Source of the DNA: Candidatus Poribacteria bacterium
GTDB lineage: Bacteria > Poribacteria > WGA-4E > WGA-3G
DNA length: 64,000 nt
Direction of reading: 5' to 3'
Assembly: GCA_965214095.1 (NCBI GenBank)
Contig: OZ243938.1
Location: 2,144,001-2,208,000 of the forward strand
In this document: one piece after another, positions 61,101 through 64,000 of the stretch
How positions within the stretch are numbered: position 1 is the stretch's first letter
Layout: each line of letters opens with the position of its first letter
The notes under the pieces: generated by a model
Told to the model about the DNA's origin: nothing
Seen by the model: only the letters and a program-made list of their open reading frames with translations
The model's database searches: none
Translations under genes and position numbers: made by a program

Positions 61101-61985
61101 ATGAAAACCTCTTTTTCAATCTTCAGTAGCATAACATTATTGATATTATGTTTGTTTTTTCCTCTAACTGGCTCAACACAACAGCAACCCAATGAGAATT
61201 CAATAATAAAAGATATTTCGTTAACGCATATTGATGGGAACACGACACTAAACTTAGATCTTTCTAAGCATTTAGGTCTAACCAATACTGAATTAAAAAA
61301 ACTTGCTGATAGTTTATCTATAGGCGTGTTAGAGAAAACACCTGACACGGCTAAAGGTGTAACCATTGAGATGTTGAAACCTATAGAGTCGACCTTTCAT
61401 CCAAACGCGCTTGTGCTTCGTGAAATCATAACATATCCCGCAAAAGTCATGGGTGTCCTATATGAATCTAGAAAGGAAAAATGGTTAAATAGCAAAGATT
61501 TATCGGAAAAATTAGTAGAAGAGTTTGATAAGGTTAAAACTCCGTTTCAATCAGAGATAATCTCACCCCAAAATACTATCTTGATAAAAATATACAACAC
61601 CACCAAAAGCCGCATCAATCTAAAAAATTGGAAAATTCGTTTTACTTACGGCACGATGCCTGATGACAATACTGAACGCGTAATTGATAGGATGAGTAAT
61701 GTGATTGTTGGGGAGTGGAAACCAGCAAAATCACCCAAACCTGTAGAACCGCTATATGAATCCTATGGTGTTACATTATCACGCAAGATTGATTTTGAAC
61801 TTCTCAATGATACAACAAAAACGCAGAATGAGCAATTGTCTGCTATTTCAGATGGAACACGTAAAATAGGTTGGGAAATCAAGAAATCACCTAATTTATC
61901 TTCATGGGTTGAAATCCAAGACCTCACTGGACAATTGAAACACATGAAAGATCCGTTAATACTTGTCATTCCAAATAAAAAGTGA
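61101..61985 (+). CDS. Hypothetical secreted protein
   Basis: AAGGAG RBS; signal peptide; IKIYNTT...INLKNWKI segment reminiscent of lamin-tail-like domains. Confidence 0.75.
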   Translation: MKTSFSIFSSITLLILCLFFPLTGSTQQQPNENSIIKDISLTHIDGNTTLNLDLSKHLGLTNTELKKLADSLSIGVLEKTPDTAKGVTIEMLKPIESTFHPNALVLREIITYPAKVMGVLYESRKEKWLNSKDLSEKLVEEFDKVKTPFQSEIISPQNTILIKIYNTTKSRINLKNWKIRFTYGTMPDDNTERVIDRMSNVIVGEWKPAKSPKPVEPLYESYGVTLSRKIDFELLNDTTKTQNEQLSAISDGTRKIGWEIKKSPNLSSWVEIQDLTGQLKHMKDPLILVIPNKK

Positions 61986-62099
61986 ATATTGAAGATTTAC
62001 CAAAGGTTGATACGCGAGTCATCATTAAACCTCGCAAACAAGGCGACGAGAACCAGTTACCAACAGATGACAGGTAAAAATTCAAAAGGAGAGATTGAC

Positions 62100-62600
62100 T
62101 TGTTTCGCTTACAATTGAGAATTCGAGTAGTCATAATTATCTGTATCTGTACTCTCACGCTACTTGCATGCGGGACAGGAGAAATCCAGAACTTTGAAGG
62201 TATCAGCATTCTAACTGAACCACGTGTGAATCGGATAAACGTCACAATCCTTCTGACTGATCAAAATGGGATCCCACTTATTTGGAACCAAAGCATTCTC
62301 AGTCCAGGTGTCGGCGTAAGCACCATTTCTGATGCAGATTTTACCACAAATGCAAAAGTCTACTCCATGCTTAACGGTAAGATTCATCAGAAGGTTTATG
62401 ACGGTAGACTTATTGATGTGCGATGGGCACAGGAAGCGAATAACTTGGATAGGATGCTAAAGGCACAAATCCCACACAGGCTGATTGAAGAAGACCCCGA
62501 ACGCGATACATACATAGGGGTTGTCACTGTAGAAATAAAGACCGATAAACAAGGACCTTTTTCGGATACCGATGAAGAGGCAATTATTTATTCGAGGTAA
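62100..62600 (+). CDS. Hypothetical lipoprotein
   Basis: GGAGA RBS before TTG at 62100; LLAC lipobox. Confidence 0.7.
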   Translation: MFRLQLRIRVVIIICICTLTLLACGTGEIQNFEGISILTEPRVNRINVTILLTDQNGIPLIWNQSILSPGVGVSTISDADFTTNAKVYSMLNGKIHQKVYDGRLIDVRWAQEANNLDRMLKAQIPHRLIEEDPERDTYIGVVTVEIKTDKQGPFSDTDEEAIIYSR

Positions 62601-62602
62601 CG

Positions 62603-63460
62603 ATGCCAATCCACACACAAAACTATAGACATTGGGAAGGCACGTTGAATTCTCAAAACCGTGCACGGTGGTGGGTTATTGCCAAAGCAGAATTGAAAAT
62701 ACTCGCTAAACGAAAAATCGTCCGACTAATAGTCGCAATTCCTCCTGTAATCTACTTCTTAGCACACGCAATTCTTATCTACCTTGGAAATCTATTTGAA
62801 AATATAACTTTGCCGTTTGAAATTGATCCGGGATTTTTTCAGAGTTATCTCTTTAGAATGCCTGCCCTATCAGGGTTTCTTGTTGCACTTATATCCATAT
62901 TTGGCGGTGCGGGGTTAATCGCAGATGATCTAAGAAGCAATGCACTTTCACTTTATCTATCCAAACCCATTACATGGTATGACTATCTTATCGGGAAATT
63001 CATTGTAGTCGGAACATTACTTGTCTGTTTGACGTTGATACCAGGTCTATTACTATTCTTGGAACACACCTTGTTAGCAGACTTTACGTTTTTTAAAGAA
63101 CATTATTGGGCAATCTTCTCTATAATAACCTATTCAGTAATAATTACTGTCATCACGAGTCTATTGATGTTGTTTTTCTCATCACTGACGACCAATTCCC
63201 GCTACGCTACAATTGGCTTTTGTGCTGTTTGGTTTGGGTTGCCAGTGATTGCGCTTATATTAAAAGAGGCGTTTTCAATGAGTACAGTCTCTATTGTCTC
63301 AATTTGGGCAAATTATGACATACTTGGAAGTGTGCTCTTTGGCGAGTCTCCCGACTTTGATATACACTGGAGTTGGACAATTCTCGTCCTATCTGCATTG
63401 ACTGCTGTCTGTCTCTTCGTTCTCCGTCTACGAATACGTGCAGTCCAAATCGTAAAATAG
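62603..63460 (+). CDS. ABC-2 type transporter permease
   Basis: 6 TM segments; GAGLIADDLRSNALSLYLSKPITWYDYLIGK signature. Confidence 0.88.
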   Translation: MPIHTQNYRHWEGTLNSQNRARWWVIAKAELKILAKRKIVRLIVAIPPVIYFLAHAILIYLGNLFENITLPFEIDPGFFQSYLFRMPALSGFLVALISIFGGAGLIADDLRSNALSLYLSKPITWYDYLIGKFIVVGTLLVCLTLIPGLLLFLEHTLLADFTFFKEHYWAIFSIITYSVIITVITSLLMLFFSSLTTNSRYATIGFCAVWFGLPVIALILKEAFSMSTVSIVSIWANYDILGSVLFGESPDFDIHWSWTILVLSALTAVCLFVLRLRIRAVQIVK

Positions 63461-63518
63461 ACACCAACATAAGTATATTATTGTTGGAGTGGTTTCTAAC
63501 CACGATATTATACCATTT

Positions 63519-63680
63519 CTATAGTAGGCATTAGAATTAATCGGACACTTTGCACCAGCGAGGTTAGGAAACCTCGTCTACTATGGGTGGAAAGTGTCCG
63601 ATTATTTTTAGGTTTCACCATAAATAAAACTTCTCATTACCGAAACAGGTGTTCGTAGTCGCGCAATTCATTGCGCCTCT
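63519..63680. repeat. Family A REP in inverted-repeat wrapper plus family D REP
   Basis: AATCGGACACTTT / AAAGTGTCCGATT around GCGAGGTTAGGAAACCTCGTCTAC; family D at 63655. Confidence 0.75.
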
Positions 63681-63773
63681 CACATTCACTAAGCGCAATT
63701 CACACGCCTCTTACATGTGTCCATAAATATTTATACAAACTCCCAAAGGTGATTTTCTTAACCAGAATTGACA

Positions 63774-64000
63774 CTACTTTAATCGCGCACCATTCGCATC
63801 CCACATCTCTACTTCAGTATAGTTCTGTGGTGGTGTTATCGGCGTAAGAGTTGGCACCCAATCTGGTCGAAACTGTTGAACCAACCGAACTGCATTTTTA
63901 TACGCAATCCGTTCTTTCGTCTCGTCGTCAAGTTGTGATTCTTCAATTTGTGATTGAACCAACCGAAAATCGTAATACGGCAGATCACTACCGAACATAA
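63774..64000 (-). CDS. Amidohydrolase-family protein, C-terminal part (5' partial)
   Basis: MFGSDLPY...KERIAYKNAVRL is typical of amidohydrolase_2 C-termini. Confidence 0.7.
   Translation of the reverse strand, partial: MFGSDLPYYDFRLVQSQIEESQLDDETKERIAYKNAVRLVQQFRPDWVPTLTPITPPQNYTEVEMWDANGARLK

Overview
Bacterial window of roughly 43% GC (visual estimate). Its gene families suggest a Candidatus Poribacteria-like sponge symbiont (inference only). It is dominated by secreted eukaryote-like repeat proteins: three LRR or LRR-cadherin adhesin-like proteins of up to 3382 aa, four WD40 propellers, YWTD, TolB-like, LamG and TPR proteins. Many end in one of two C-terminal signatures (NYPNPFNPETWIP...RKMLIxK or KLxTxWGxIK). 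Other genes are a cobalamin-riboswitch-controlled three-gene operon, an IS605-group element (tnpA with a damaged HUH motif, intact tnpB), a type III R-M pair, an FRG-TPR pair, a Gfo/Idh/MocA oxidoreductase, a NUDIX hydrolase, an ABC permease and several gene fragments. Intergenic DNA is packed with several GTAG-type REP palindrome families and a ~145-bp inverted-repeat MITE. Best leads: (1) a 335-bp non-coding IS200/IS605 derivative (19215-19549) that shares ends and the TTCAC target with the autonomous element and carries a promoter plus a structured RNA cargo; (2) a secreted protein with an in-frame UGA in a Cys-Sec (WCUG) motif followed by a SECIS-like hairpin (41255-41950); (3) a GT/AC strand-skew flip centred on the REP clusters; (4) a non-canonical B12 uptake operon; (5) an orphan promoter-driven ~195-nt structured RNA (23596-23790). 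All calls come from reading the sequence by eye; no database searches or folding programs were run.
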